The notes under the pieces were generated by a model that saw nothing but the letters and a program-made list of their open reading frames with translations, searched no databases and had not been told where the DNA came from. From NCBI GenBank assembly GCA_963823665.1, contig CAWGMQ010000010.1, positions 800,001 through 864,000 of the forward strand: a stretch of DNA of 64,000 nucleotides, written 5' to 3'. Source of the DNA: an uncultured Planctomycetota bacterium (GTDB taxonomy: Bacteria; Planctomycetota; Planctomycetia; Isosphaerales; Isosphaeraceae). Shown here piece by piece: positions 25,002 through 36,873 of this stretch. Each line of letters opens with the position of its first letter. The stretch's first letter is position 1. The position numbers and the translations under genes are program-made.

Positions 25002-26243
25002 TCAAGGACCGGCAGGCGGTATCCGCTTGGCGGTATAAACAAGGACGTTCGAGCCGGGAGTACTGGCGAACTCGGTCGGTCGTGTGGCGTCGTCGGGACG
25101 GCAGATCGTCAGAGTGTCGCCCTCGAGGGCGTAGATGGCGTGATAGTTGTCGCCGTGATAACCCTCGGATTCCATGTCCATCGCTTTGGGTTGTTGCTCG
25201 GGATCGAGCCGGAAACGCACTTTCAGCAGGTGGTGAGGTCCCCCCTCGTGAGCGATGGTGTCCTCTCGAATTTTCAAGCTGGTAAACGGGAACTGGTCTT
25301 TCGGTAAGACCCGGCCGTCCTCCTCGACGGCGACCACTTGCCAATCCCCATGCAATCCGTCCAGATCGGATTTCGCTACGGCCTGAACAACTGCCGGGGG
25401 CGTAACCGCCACGGGCGGCACGCGGACAGCGCCATAGCTCAGGAAGCCCACCCCGGCGGCCAGTAGCGCCCCAGAGAGGAGCGATCCGATCGTCCATAGC
25501 CTGGGTCGGAGCATGTCCTTCAGGACTTGCTGGGTCAGCAGCCTGGCCTGGGCGGAGACGGCCGGCCCGCTGCCCGGTAACGATTGCAGTCCCAGGTCGA
25601 GCAAGCCGTCAGGCACCGCTGCGTGGGACGAGGCGGTACGCTCCAGTAGGCTCGCCAAAACGCCGACCGAAAGAGCCAGATTGCGGCGCGAGAGCCGAAC
25701 GCGCAACTGTTCGCGGGCGCGGGCCAGTTGCGATAGAACGGTGCCCCTGGGCAGGCACAGCGCGGTCGCGACCTCCGCGGCGCTCTTGCCCTCAAGGTAG
25801 AACAGTACGATGGGCCTCCGATAGCGCTCGGGCAATCGCCGCAGCTCGTCATCGAAGACAGGTCGAAGATCGCGCCAGCTTGCGTCGTCGTTCGCTTCAG
25901 GAGCCGGGAGATCGACCATAGGAGCCTCCCGCGTGCGCTGCCGATTGTTTGCGGAGCGAATCTTGCTGGAGATTCGATACGCAACTCCATAGAGCCAATT
26001 GCCAAGCAGGTTTGGCCTGGTCAGGGAAGGCGCCTTGCGCATGAGAACAAGAAAGGTCGCCTGGAATGCGTCCTCCACGTCTTGCTCACGCCCGAGGATA
26101 CGGCGGCAGACGCCGGATACCATGCCCCCGTGCCGCCGCACGATCGCCGCGAATGCACCGGCATCGTGGCTCGCCACGTAATCGCACAGCAAGCGCTCGT
26201 CCGTCGGTTCACTCTGGCTGCTTGAGCTGGCAACGTCTTGCAT
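25002..26243 (-). CDS. ECF sigma factor fused to TM helix and TIGR03067-type planctomycete domain
   Basis: TDERLL..FAAIVRRHGGMVSGVCRR..EDAFQATFLVL..WLYGVA..LPERYR; C-terminal LHGDWQVVAVEEDG..AIYALEGDTLTIC..RPTEF. Confidence 0.88.
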   Translation of the reverse strand: MQDVASSSSQSEPTDERLLCDYVASHDAGAFAAIVRRHGGMVSGVCRRILGREQDVEDAFQATFLVLMRKAPSLTRPNLLGNWLYGVAYRISSKIRSANNRQRTREAPMVDLPAPEANDDASWRDLRPVFDDELRRLPERYRRPIVLFYLEGKSAAEVATALCLPRGTVLSQLARAREQLRVRLSRRNLALSVGVLASLLERTASSHAAVPDGLLDLGLQSLPGSGPAVSAQARLLTQQVLKDMLRPRLWTIGSLLSGALLAAGVGFLSYGAVRVPPVAVTPPAVVQAVAKSDLDGLHGDWQVVAVEEDGRVLPKDQFPFTSLKIREDTIAHEGGPHHLLKVRFRLDPEQQPKAMDMESEGYHGDNYHAIYALEGDTLTICRPDDATRPTEFASTPGSNVLVYTAKRIPPAGP

Positions 26244-26407
26244 GGCACCTTCAACGTCCGCGAAACGTCCCCATCAATTGCGCTGACTACTCACTATACT
26301 GCCTGGCGGGGGACGCGCGATTGCATACTTGCCTGCCAATTTTCGAAACGACCAATGCGGTCGACAGTCGTCGTGCTTCGCTGATTCAGAGCCGCAGTTC
26401 ACACGAT

Positions 26408-29178
26408 CTACTCCGGCAGCGGCGTGGCGTCCCAGATCCGCACGGTCATGTCCAAGGAAGCGGTGATCAAGCGGTGGCCGTCGGGGCTGAACGCAAGATC
26501 GGACACAATCTCGTTGTGTCCGTTCAGCGTCAGGGTTTCCTGCCCCGTCGTTAGGTCCCAGACTTTCAAGGTCCCACCAGGGAGCCCCCCGGCCAGGCGT
26601 TTGCCATCGGGGCTGAATTCAAACCTGAAGGCCGTGAAGTTGTTGAGACGCGGCGAGACCTCGTGGCCGCTTTCCGCATCGAGTATACGCACCCCGCCAC
26701 CGGAGCATTCTACGGCCAGCCGCTTTCCATCGGGGCTGAAGCATAGCCTTTGGAAGAATGCCCCCATCGGCAGTTCGGCCTTGCATAACTCTCGGCCCGT
26801 GGCGGGATCCCAGTTTTTTACCACCCCGCTGTACTCGGCCGCTGCCAGGCGAGCACTGTCTGGGCTGAATGAGAACCACGCAAGACCGCGGAGTACCGGA
26901 AACGTGCGGAATTCGGCGCCTTTGTAAACGTCCCACACCTTCAATCCCCCTCCCGGGCCCTTGCAAGCGAACCATTTCCCATCCGGGCTGAGCTCTGTGC
27001 TCGGCCGATCTTCTGGGCTGTCGTGTTTGAACGCGCGAACCATTTTGCTGGTGGACATATTCAAGATCATGACGTTCTTGCCCTCGTCGGTAAGCGCCAG
27101 ATGCTTCCCATCGGACGCGAAGTCATAGTTCACGGCCTTGCGTCCGAGCTTGATGGGCTCGCCCAACGGTTCGCCGGTCTCGGAGTTCCAAAGGTGAATG
27201 GTGCTTCCATATCTGCCTGTCAGGGCGATGCGTCCATCGGGGGAAAGCGCGATTTCATTTCTCGGTTGCCTGATCCCGGGGATCGGAGTGACATCGCGGT
27301 CGGCTATCACGTCCCACACTTTCACGCGTCCGTCCGTCCCCGCCGAGGCGATGCGTGTGCCGTCGGGACTGAAGGCACAATCGACGACGGACCCATGGTG
27401 CCCCTTGAACGCGCGGAGTCGCTGACCAGTGCCGGCGTCCCAAAGCTCCAGACCAGACTCGAACCCCACGGCCGCCAGTCGTTTCCCATCGGGACTGAAT
27501 TTGAGGCGGCCGCTAATGGGCCCGTCTCCCGGACAAATCTTGACAAGTTTGCCGGTGCCGGCATCGAGGATTTGCACGTCGCGCGTCGGACCTGACACAG
27601 CCAGACGTTTGTCGTCCGGGCTGAAGGCCATGGAAATGACTGAATTTTTCATGTCCTTCACAAGAAGCTCGCGACCGGAGAACGCATCCCATACCTTCAG
27701 CACGGACGGCGCAGCAACAGAGGCCACGCGCTTGCCGTCGGAGCTGAAAACTAGACTCCCGAGGGAAGGAAGCTTATCGATGGACACGATGGCCTTACGT
27801 GTATCCAGGTCCCAGATCCTTATCTCAGCCAAATTATTAAATTCCATTCCACCTGCGTTGAAGTCCTCCGCCCGAGATGCCAGGTGCTTGCCGTCAGGGC
27901 TGAAGACAACCTGCCGGAAGAAGTCGACCGTGTGCCCTTCCAGTGTGGCGATCAGCTTGCCCGATTCGATGTTCCAGATGCGAATCCTCTTGTCGCGGCC
28001 GCCCGCGGCGAGAAGCTTGCCATCCGGGCTGAGAGCGCCCGTGCGAACTTCGCCTGTCGCACCCTCGAGCCCTATGGTCAGCGGTGTCAGTGTCACTGCA
28101 GCCCAGAGCTTGATTTCACCGGGTGCCGGGGAGCCTGTTTCCCTCCTCTCCGTACTCCCGACGCTGAGGAGCCGTTTGCCGTCTGGCGTCCAGGCCACCG
28201 TCGTCGCAAGCCCGACGTGGGCATTCACCGTGCTCAGGCGCGTGCTGGGCCTGGGCGGCTCCTCTTCCTTGATGATGCGGCGAATCTCGTCATAGGCCGC
28301 CGTCGCGAACCGCTGATGGTCGAACGGCGTCGTCCCGGTCAACAACTCGTAAAGGAGCACGCCCAGGCTGTAGACATCGCTGCGAATATCCACGTCAAGC
28401 GCGTTGAGCTCAGCCTGCTCCGGGCTCATGCAGAGCGGAGTGCCGATCATCTGCGTGAACCGGGTGTAGATGGTCTTATCAGTCAACTGCTGGCCAATCG
28501 CCTTGGCGACGCCGAAGTCGATCACCTTGACCACCGGCACGCCGTCGTGCGGGCGACCAGGATGTTCGACGGCTTCAAGTCGCGGTGGATGATGCCCTTG
28601 CCGTGGGCATGCTGGACCGCCTGGCAGACGGCCAGAAACAGATCCAGGCGCTCGCGTGCCGTGAGCTGCTGCCCGTCGCAGTAATCAATGATGGGGATGC
28701 CTTTGACCAGCTCCATCACGAAGTAGGGGAGCCCGCTGTCCGTGGTGCCGGCGTCGAGAACGCTGGCAATATTGGGGTGGTCCATGAGTGCCAGGGCCTG
28801 GCGCTCGGCCTCGAACCGGGCGATGATGTCGCGCGTGTCCATGCCGGGCTTGATGATCTTGAGCGCGACCTTGCGGCGAACCGGGTGCTGCTGCTCGGCC
28901 ACGAAGACCAGGCCCATCCCACCCTGGCCGATCTGTTCCATGAGCTTAAACGGGCCGATGACCGTGCCGGCGCGTTCAAGGATTGGCTCAAAATCCTCAG
29001 TCGCATCGGATTGGGATGAGAGATTCCCCAGAAAACCGCCCGAGGCGTCATGGGCACGCAGCAGTGATTCGATTTCGTGGCGCAGCTCTCCATCGGAGGC
29101 GCAGGCGTGGTCGAGGAACGCCGCTCGGCGCTCTGGAGACAACTTGACGGCGGCCTTGAAGACTGCAGAGTCGGACAT
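26408..29178 (-). pseudogene. Ser/Thr kinase-WD40 protein with frameshift (~28550) and apparent internal deletion (~28230)
   Basis: Kinase motifs in ORFs 28522-29178 and 26408-28540; [10 protein letters not shown] where paralogs have Y; PSTRLST joins directly to WD40 repeats (AFSPDG..VKVWD). Confidence 0.75.
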
Positions 29179-29252
29179 GGTATTCTCCCTCGCCTGGATG
29201 GTCTTTCATCATCCAATGCGAGAACGGAGAGCAAAAGCCCGGTGAGTTTTTT

Positions 29253-29837
29253 TCAGTCCGGCGAATGGATTTCCTCATCCCGGCGCCATTGCCGGCGCAG
29301 CCAGGCCTTGGCGTAGGTCCAATCCTCTTCGGCCGTCGCCGGGGCGATGCCCAGAATCTGGGCCGCCTCGGCCATCGTGCAACCGAGGAAGTAGCGGAGC
29401 TTGACCAGCTCAGCCTTGCGGGGCGACTTCAGTGCCAGCCGATCGAGCGCTTCGTGAACGGCCTTGACTTCGAGCGGGTCGCGCGGGTTTGCCACGGGGA
29501 AGTCATCCGGGTCCGTCTCCAGAAGAACCAGGCCGCCCCCGTGCTTGCCGCTCAGTTTGTGGCGAGCGTTGTCGATGAGGATGCGGCGCATGGCCTCGGC
29601 GGCGGCGGAGAAGAAGTGGCCGCGGCTGTTCCAGAGCCGCTCCTCCCCTGGGCCGACCAGACGCAGGTATGCCTCGTGGACCAGAGCCGTTGGCTGAAGC
29701 GTCTGGCCCGGCTACTCCTGTGCCATCCTCTGGGCCGCGAGGCGGCGCAGTTCGTCGTAGACCAGCGGCAAGAGCTGCGCGGCGGCCCCGGCGTCGCCTT
29801 GCCCGATCGCGTCCAGGATGCGGGTGACCTCATTCAT
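29253..29837 (-). pseudogene. TIGR02999-type ECF sigma factor with in-frame amber stop
   Basis: [53 protein letters not shown] at 29714-29712, frame continues into ORF 29253-29591. Confidence 0.85.
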
Positions 29838-29839
29838 CC

Positions 29840-30090
29840 ATCGTTCCGTGGCAATGCAGCTTTACGCCCAGATCGCCGAACCTGACAATCATGGCATCGG
29901 TCTGGACGAGGTGGTGCCGGTGACCAAAGACTGGCGGGAGTACGAATACAAGTTCCAGGCGAAACAAGTCGCGGCCTCGAACAATATTGCTTTCAGCCTC
30001 GGGGAGCGCACGGGGACCGTGTGGGTCGCCGACTTCTCGCTCACCAAGGAAGCAAAGCCCCGGCCTCTCGAAGGCCGTCCAGGCACATGA
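29840..30090 (+). pseudogene. C-terminal fragment of a carbohydrate-binding (CBM4/9-like) domain
   Basis: VPVTKDWREYEYKFQA..IAFSLGERTGTVWVADFSL beta-sandwich end; no N-terminal half. Confidence 0.5.
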
Positions 30091-30164
30091 CACTCCTCGC
30101 CGAAAAGATGCCGAATTTCACCGGCCCCTGGAGACGATCGGCCGTGAAATGCATGTTATAGGGT

Positions 30165-30813
30165 ATGGGCGACACAAAGAATGAGACAGATGGCCAGATC
30201 CTTGAGCACGTCCGGCGGGCCGCAGCCGGCGACGAGGAAGCGTTGCAATCCTTGTTCGGGGCGCACCGCGATCGCCTCAAGCGGATGATTCACCTCCGGC
30301 TCAGCCGCCGGCTGGCAGGCCGCGTCGATGACTCGGATGTGGTTCAGGAGGCATTCGTCGATGCCGCCCGCAAGCTCCCTGAGTACGCCCGGGAGCCCAA
30401 GGTGCCATTGTTCTTGTGGCTGCGGCACCTGACGGCGCTCAAGCTGGCGGAGGTCCACCGCCATCATCTTGGCACGCAGCTCCGCGACGCCGACCGCGAG
30501 GTCACTCTGCATCGCGGCGGCCTTCCCCTGGCCGACTCGGTGTCGCTGGCGGCCCAGTTGCTGGGCACGCTGACCACGCCGTCGCAGGCGGCGATCAAGG
30601 CCGAGACCCGCCTCCTGGTTCAGGAGGCGCTCAACGGCATGGACCCGATCGACCGCGAGGTGCTGGCGCTCAAGCACTTCGAACAGCTCAGCACCAGCGA
30701 GATCGCTCGAGGTTCTCGGCCTGTCCAAGGCCGGGGCCGGCAGCCGCTACCTGCGGGCGATCAAGCGGCTTCGGTCGATCCTCGAGCAAATCCCCGGCTT
30801 CGAGGCGTTCTGA
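30165..30813 (+). CDS. Planctomycete-specific ECF sigma factor (TIGR02984-like; frameshift near 30710)
   Basis: AAAGDEEAL..HRDRLKRMIHLRL..RVDDSDVVQEA..TTPSQAA..DREVLALKHFEQLS. Confidence 0.88.
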
Positions 30814-30868
30814 GCCCGGGAGCCATGTCAGACCGGTACGAGCCACCATGATTGGAGGGAGTACGACG

Positions 30869-33800
30869 ATGTCGACGTCTGGATCGGAGTCGCGTTCGGG
30901 GCTGGTGATGGAGCTGGCCGAGGAGTTCCTCGACCGCTACCGCAAGGGGCAGCGGCCGCCGCTCCGCGAGTATATCGAGAATCACCCCGAGCTGGCCGGC
31001 GAGATCCGCGAGGTCTTCCCGGCCATGGCGATGATGGAGAACATCGCCCTGGCCGACGAGTCGCTCGAGGCGGACAGAACGGGTGATCTTCCAGCACGAC
31101 GTCTGCCGCCGCTGGAGCAGCTCGGCGACTACCGAATCGTCCGCGAGGTCGGCCGGGGCGGGATGGGCGTCGTCTACGAGGCCGAGCAGGTCTCGCTGGG
31201 GCGGCATGTGGCCCTCAAGGTGTTGCCCCCGCAGATGCTCCGCGACGCCAGGACCCGCCGGCGGTTCGAGCGCGAGGCGCGGGCCGCGGCGAAGCTGCAC
31301 CACACCAACATCGTGCCGGTGTTCGGCGTCGGCGAGCAGGGCGAGACGCCCTATTACGTCATGCAGTTCATCCAGGGCCAGGGGCTCGACTGCGTGCTCG
31401 AGGAGCTGAGGCGGCTGCGCGCGGGTGGGGCAGCGGGTCCTGCGGCGGCGGCGGTGCTCTCAACGGTGGGCCGCGACGTGTCCGCGGCCGACGTGGCCCG
31501 GTCGCTGCTGACCGGCCGGCTCGACGCCGGGCCCACCGAGGCGTCCGCGACCGACAACGGTGTCGGCCCGGCCGAGCCGGCCGGCTCGGCCTCGGGCCAA
31601 GCGTCGTCGCTCTCCTCATCGTCGCTCACTCTGCCCGGAGACACCGCCCGGGGCAAGGCGAGGCGGCAGACGTACTGGCAGGGGGTGGCGCGGATCGGCG
31701 TCCAGGTGGCCGACGCCCTGGCCTATGCGCACGCCCAGGGGATCGTCCACCGCGACATCAAGCCGTCGAACCTCCTACTCGACACCCACGGGATCGTCTG
31801 GGTGACCGACTTCGGCCTGGCCAAGGCGGACGACCAGCAGAACCTGACGCACACCGGCGACATCCTCGGCACTCTGCGGTACATGCCCCCCGAGGCGTTC
31901 GGCGGCAAGGTCGACAGCCGGGGCGACGTCTACGCGCTTGGCCTGACGCTGTACGAGATGCTCGCCTTCCGGCCGGCGTTCGACGAGAAGGAGCGCGGCC
32001 GCCTGGTCAAGCAGGTGACGGGCGAGGCCCCGCCGCCTCTGCGCAAGCTCAACCCCGAGGTGCCCCGCGACCTGGAGACGATCGTCCAGAAGGCGATCGA
32101 GCGCGAGCCGTCGCACCGCTACGCGACGGCCTCGGAGCTGGCCGACGACCTGCGGCGGTTCGTCGACGACGAGCCGATCCGGGCGCGGCGGACGAGCCAT
32201 GCCGAGCGGCTGGCTCGCTGGGGGCGTCGCAATCCGGCGCTGGCGGCTCTCTCGGGGGTCGTCGGCCTGCTCGCCCTGGCGGTGATCGGAAGTCTGTGGA
32301 ACGGCAACGAGTCGGCGCGGCGTGCTCTGAAGGTCCAGACCGTGCTGCGGGGGGAGGCCGACGCCCGCGCCGAGGAAGCCCGCCAGTCGGCGGCGGCGGC
32401 CGAGAACGCGAACCGCTCCCTGACCGCCCCCCAGGATTCGCTCCGCCGGACCTTCTACGCCGCTCAGATCAACCTCGCCCAGGCCGCCTGGGATTCGGGC
32501 AGCCCGGCGCGCACGCTCGAGCTGCTCCAGGCCACGCGCCCGAAGCCTGGCGAGCCCGACTTCCGCGGGTTCGAGTGGAACTACTTCCGCCGCCAGGTCC
32601 ATGGCGAGCTGGCCGTGTGCAAGCTCCCCGGCTACGCCGAGACCGGCATGCTCTCCGACGGCACGCCCGCGCTGTCGGCCGACGGGGGCCTGGCCGCCAT
32701 CGTCGAACAGTATCGGGGCCGGGGCAACCCCGCCCTGGTCCTCATCCGCGAGACAACGACCGGCCGGCTGGTCCGGGAGATCCCCATCTCGAACCCGCTA
32801 CAGAGCGTCGACTCCTGGAGTCCGGGCCGGACCGGGCTGGCCTTCAGCGCCCGACGGCGCCCGAATCGCCCTGGCATCTGCCAAGCTCGGCGGCGCGTCT
32901 GCGGACCCGCCGCCCCTCGAGGCCCACGCCTTCGTCTGGAGCCTGGCCGACGGCCGGGAGCTGTTGCATCGCTCGTGGTCGATCGCCGGCGACGGGGTCT
33001 ACCCGGAGGTGGCCCTCGATCGGACCGGCTCGCGCATCGCCGTGGCCAGCTCGATCGTCGACCGGTCGGGCCTGGGCTCGGTCAGGTGCCGTGGCGACCT
33101 GAGGGTGCTCGACGTGGCCGACGGCCGCGAACGGATCCATCTGGTCTCGGCCGACCTTGGCTACGCCTCGCCCCAGCTCAGCCCTGACGGCGGCCTCGTG
33201 GCCGCCGCGGAACGCTCCTTTAGCGAGTGGACGCGCATGGTCACGGCCTCGCGCCTCCGGGTTCTCGAGGTCGAGGGGGGCCGGGCCAGGGACGACCTCG
33301 AGGGCCCGGGGAACAACGCGTATGAAGGTCGCTTTTCCCCGGACGGCCGGCTGCTGGCGATGACGATCATGAAGCCGGGTCTCGCCTCCTCCCTGGTCCT
33401 GTACGATCTTCAGGCCGGCCGGGTCGTCGCGAGGGATGGTCTTCCGGGCGCCTATGGAACGAGCTGGACGCCGGTCTTCAGCCCGGATGGCCGTCTCCTG
33501 GTTCTCGCGTCGAGAAACACCCCCGACTGCCAGGTGCGCGGAGTGCCTACCGGGCGTCTCCTGCGCTCGACCAGCCTCGGCTCGAGCGGTTGGCGCGAGA
33601 TCGCGGCCCGGCCGTCGGATGGCCGTCTCGTGACGCTCGACGCCTATGGCGACGCGCGCCAGTGGCCCTTGCCTTCGGCCGATTCGGCGTCGCTCGACTC
33701 TGGCAGGGCCCTCGAGCGTACCCGCGGGGCGAGGCTCGTCGACGGCGGTCGCAAGCTTGTCGTCCTGGAGGAGACCGGCGAGCCGGATCGGCCGATGCGG

Positions 33801-35408
33801 CTGACAGAGACCGACGTCGCGACCGGCCGGGTTCTCCGCAAGCTCGAACGGAGCGGGCCGATCACGCCGACGCTCGGCGTCTCTTTGGGCCCGTTCCCTG
33901 TTTGCGCGGAAGGTTCGCGGCTGGCGCTGGCGGCGAGTTCCCCGAGCGGCCGGCACATCGAGCGTCTCGAGATCTGGGATCTCGCGTCAGGGCAGCGGCT
34001 TCCGGACATCGACGAAGGCGTCCTGGGACGCGACGTTCGCATCGACCTTCTCATCTCGCCTCAGTGTTTCGACGCCCAAGGGACCCGCCTCGCGCTGCAC
34101 ACCATCCTCGTCGTGCCCGGGCCGGTCGACCAGCGCCTGATTTATCGCAGTTCAGCCGTCTCGATCGTGGAGCTTCCCTCGGGCCGTCTGCTGCGGAGGT
34201 TCCCCGACAGGCGCGCCTACACGATGAGGGAGCTGGCACTCCGCCCCGATGGCAAGCTCCTGGACGTCACCGAGCGAGAGAGCACGGCCGCTGGAGGGTC
34301 GAGGCCCGTGGTCGAGCTCTTCGACGCGGACTCGGGCGGGCTTGTCCGGACGCTTCGCTGCCGCCTGTCTTCCGCGAACACCCATCTTCTGGCGTTCAGC
34401 CCCGATGGCCGCCGAGTTGCCCTCGCCTGCCGCATCAACTGGACGAGGCCCTCGAGGTCAAACCCGGTCGTGGTCTGGGACCTGGCCGCGGGCGGCGACC
34501 CGGAGCCGCTGCATCTCGACGGGCATGTCAACGATGTCGTCGCGATGGCGTTCAGCCCCGACGGACATCGGCTGGCCACCGCGGCCTTGCGAGGCACGCA
34601 AGACGGTTGCGAGGTCAAGCTCTGGGATCTCGCCAGCGGGCGCAACCTCGTAACCTGGGCGCCCGCCGGCGGGAGGCCCCGCGACCTGGCCTTCGACCCC
34701 GAGGGCCACCAGCTCCGCGTGCTCTTGTTAGACCCCAACGCGGGCGACGCCCGGATCGTCCTGTTCGACGCCTCTCCGCTTGATCCCGAAATCGAGGCGA
34801 TTGATGTCGTCGATCGCCTTTACACGGACTCGATGCTCAACAGCGAGCTCGCCGCGAGGATCGAGGCTGAGCCGGGCCTCGACCCGGCCGTCCGCGCCGC
34901 CGCCCTGGCGGCTGTCCCCCTCCGCAAGGAGAGCGTCAATCACCTCAGAATGAGGGCCTCGGCCTGGCTCGACGCCCCTGACCGCACCCCGGAGATGATG
35001 CGCCGGGCGCTGGCCCACATCGAGCGCATCCTCGAGCTCGGCCAGGACTCCGACTACTACCTCGCGATCCTGGGCGAGGCCCGATACCGCAACGGCCTGC
35101 TGGCCGAATGCCTCGAGCCGCTCCGCCGGTCGCTCGCGATCCAGGAGCAGGGCAACACGGCGATCGAGCTCCGAGATTATGTGCCCTTGCTCTTCCTCGC
35201 CATGGCCGAAGCGAAGCTGGGCCACCGAGAAGCGGCCCAGACCGCCCTCGACGACTACCGGGCCAGGCGCGCTCAGGGGTTTGTCGGCTCGATGGGCAGG
35301 CCGCGCGACGACGTGCTCCTCGCCGAGGCCGAGGCGGTGTTCCGCGAGGCCCACGGCGTTGCGCACGCCGGCATCCCGACTTCGGCTGCTCCATCACCAA
35401 AGCCGTGA
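30869..35408 (+). CDS. Ser/Thr protein kinase with TM helix, WD40 propeller and C-terminal TPR (frameshift near 32850)
   Basis: LAEEFLDRYRKG, GRGGMGVVYEA, HRDIKPSN, DFG, GTLRYMPPE, RGFEWNYF, FSPDG repeats. Confidence 0.88.
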
Positions 35409-35705
35409 ACGCACGGGCCCCGACTCCGAACGGTTCCTCCGCGCCGTCCGATCCCGAGACCCCACGGAATGCACGGATCGACATGGAAAGGATCATGGAA
35501 GCGGCGCATGGCGCGAGCGGAGATCGCCAGGGGGGGCGGCGATTTCCCTGCCGGCCCCGCGACGCGGACGAGTATCGGTCGATAATTGCGCGTGGTGTCA
35601 CCGGAGGCGGTCGATAGGAGAGTGGCGCACGGCAAAACGTCCTGCAACCCGGCCCACGGCGCCCGGCGGAGTGACTTTGTCCCCGCCGGCAAGCGTCGCT
35701 CCTTG

Positions 35706-36335
35706 TTAGCGACCGAGCAGGGCTTCCAGCCGAGAGGCAAGGGTCGGCCAGTCCGGCACCCATTCGAGTTTATCGCGCCCAGGCCTGGTTCGGTTCCATG
35801 GGTGCTCGATCAGAAACGCAGGCGATCCACTCTGCGTGAACGCAACGGCTTGGTCGTAGTCGTCCTCCACCGCCGCGAAGAAGGGTACGAGTGAGGCGTG
35901 CTTCTCGCCGTGCTTCAGGAAGTGAAGGTCGAATGCCAGGAGGCCGTGGCGCTCGAGCCAGTCGATCGTGGTTCGGCGGTTGCGGGCGATGCGGGTGGTG
36001 GCGATGTGGATATCAAACCATTGGCTCAGGCGGGTGATTTGTTCCACGGCGTGGGGCATCGGCTCGATGGATAGAATGTTTTGCGTCTCGGAGTAGAGCA
36101 CGCCGATCTTCCTCAATTCCTCGAGAGTGCAACTGTTGCCCGCCGCGTCGACGCACTTGAGATAGTCGAACTCGACGATATGTTCGTACTCGTAGCGGAC
36201 CCTGCCCTCGGTGTACTCGGAGATGACCCGCCGCATGACCGCGTCGGTTTGTGCCAGGACGTTATCGATATCCACACAGAGCCGGGGCTTCAGCGGCTCC
36301 TGCCGTGGATCATGCTGGATGAGCTGTTGCGACAT
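35706..36335 (-). CDS. HAD-superfamily 5'(3')-deoxyribonucleotidase (NT5C-like)
   Basis: Motif I CVDIDNVL, IATTR, TIDWLERH, K..AAVEDD (motif IV), HPWNR. Confidence 0.85.
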   Translation of the reverse strand: MSQQLIQHDPRQEPLKPRLCVDIDNVLAQTDAVMRRVISEYTEGRVRYEYEHIVEFDYLKCVDAAGNSCTLEELRKIGVLYSETQNILSIEPMPHAVEQITRLSQWFDIHIATTRIARNRRTTIDWLERHGLLAFDLHFLKHGEKHASLVPFFAAVEDDYDQAVAFTQSGSPAFLIEHPWNRTRPGRDKLEWVPDWPTLASRLEALLGR

Positions 36336-36447
36336 CGGTCATACCCACGGCGGTGATCAGGTCGTGCGGACATTCGTCCGCGTGCTGCGCCGTCGACGCT
36401 CGGGCGCGAGATTGCCGGTCGAAAACGATCGCGCCGGTTCACAAAAG

Positions 36448-36651
36448 CTACCTGAGCCATTCCCCAATCGTCTACCTTCCAGGGCGGTTATCTGAATCGC
36501 GCGACCGTTCAGAAATCGGCTGTCGCTATAAAGCAATATATATAGCGTATGATCCGATTTTAGGATTGGCTCGTCTTGTAGATGGGTATCGCCGCCGGCT
36601 AGATTAGGAGGAGGCGGGGGGATGTGAACGGATCGGTCATGGCTCAGGTAG
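36448..36651. ncRNA. Candidate structured ncRNA upstream of the RT (alternatively a TA-flanked MITE)
   Basis: Perfect 13-bp IR CTACCTGAGCCAT (36448-36460) / ATGGCTCAGGTAG (36639-36651); internal hairpin AAATCGG..CGCTATA / TATAGCG..CCGATTT (36513-36560); small hairpin 36484-36500. Confidence 0.45.
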
Positions 36652-36873
36652 TGCGAAGACTGTGTTCGTAACGCTGAGGGTCTCGCTGTGGCTGTAGTCT
36701 CGGAAACGGGTTCGGCTGATGCTGTCCCGGCTGCGCGGCTCTGGGGGCCGATGGCAGGTGAGCCCTGAAAGGGGGAGCCCTTGGACGGCGCATCGAAATC
36801 TATGCGGGCGCGCAGATCGCGTCCTATCGCTAGCGTGAAGGCCGAGGTACCGGAGGGTGTTCGAGGCAGGTAG

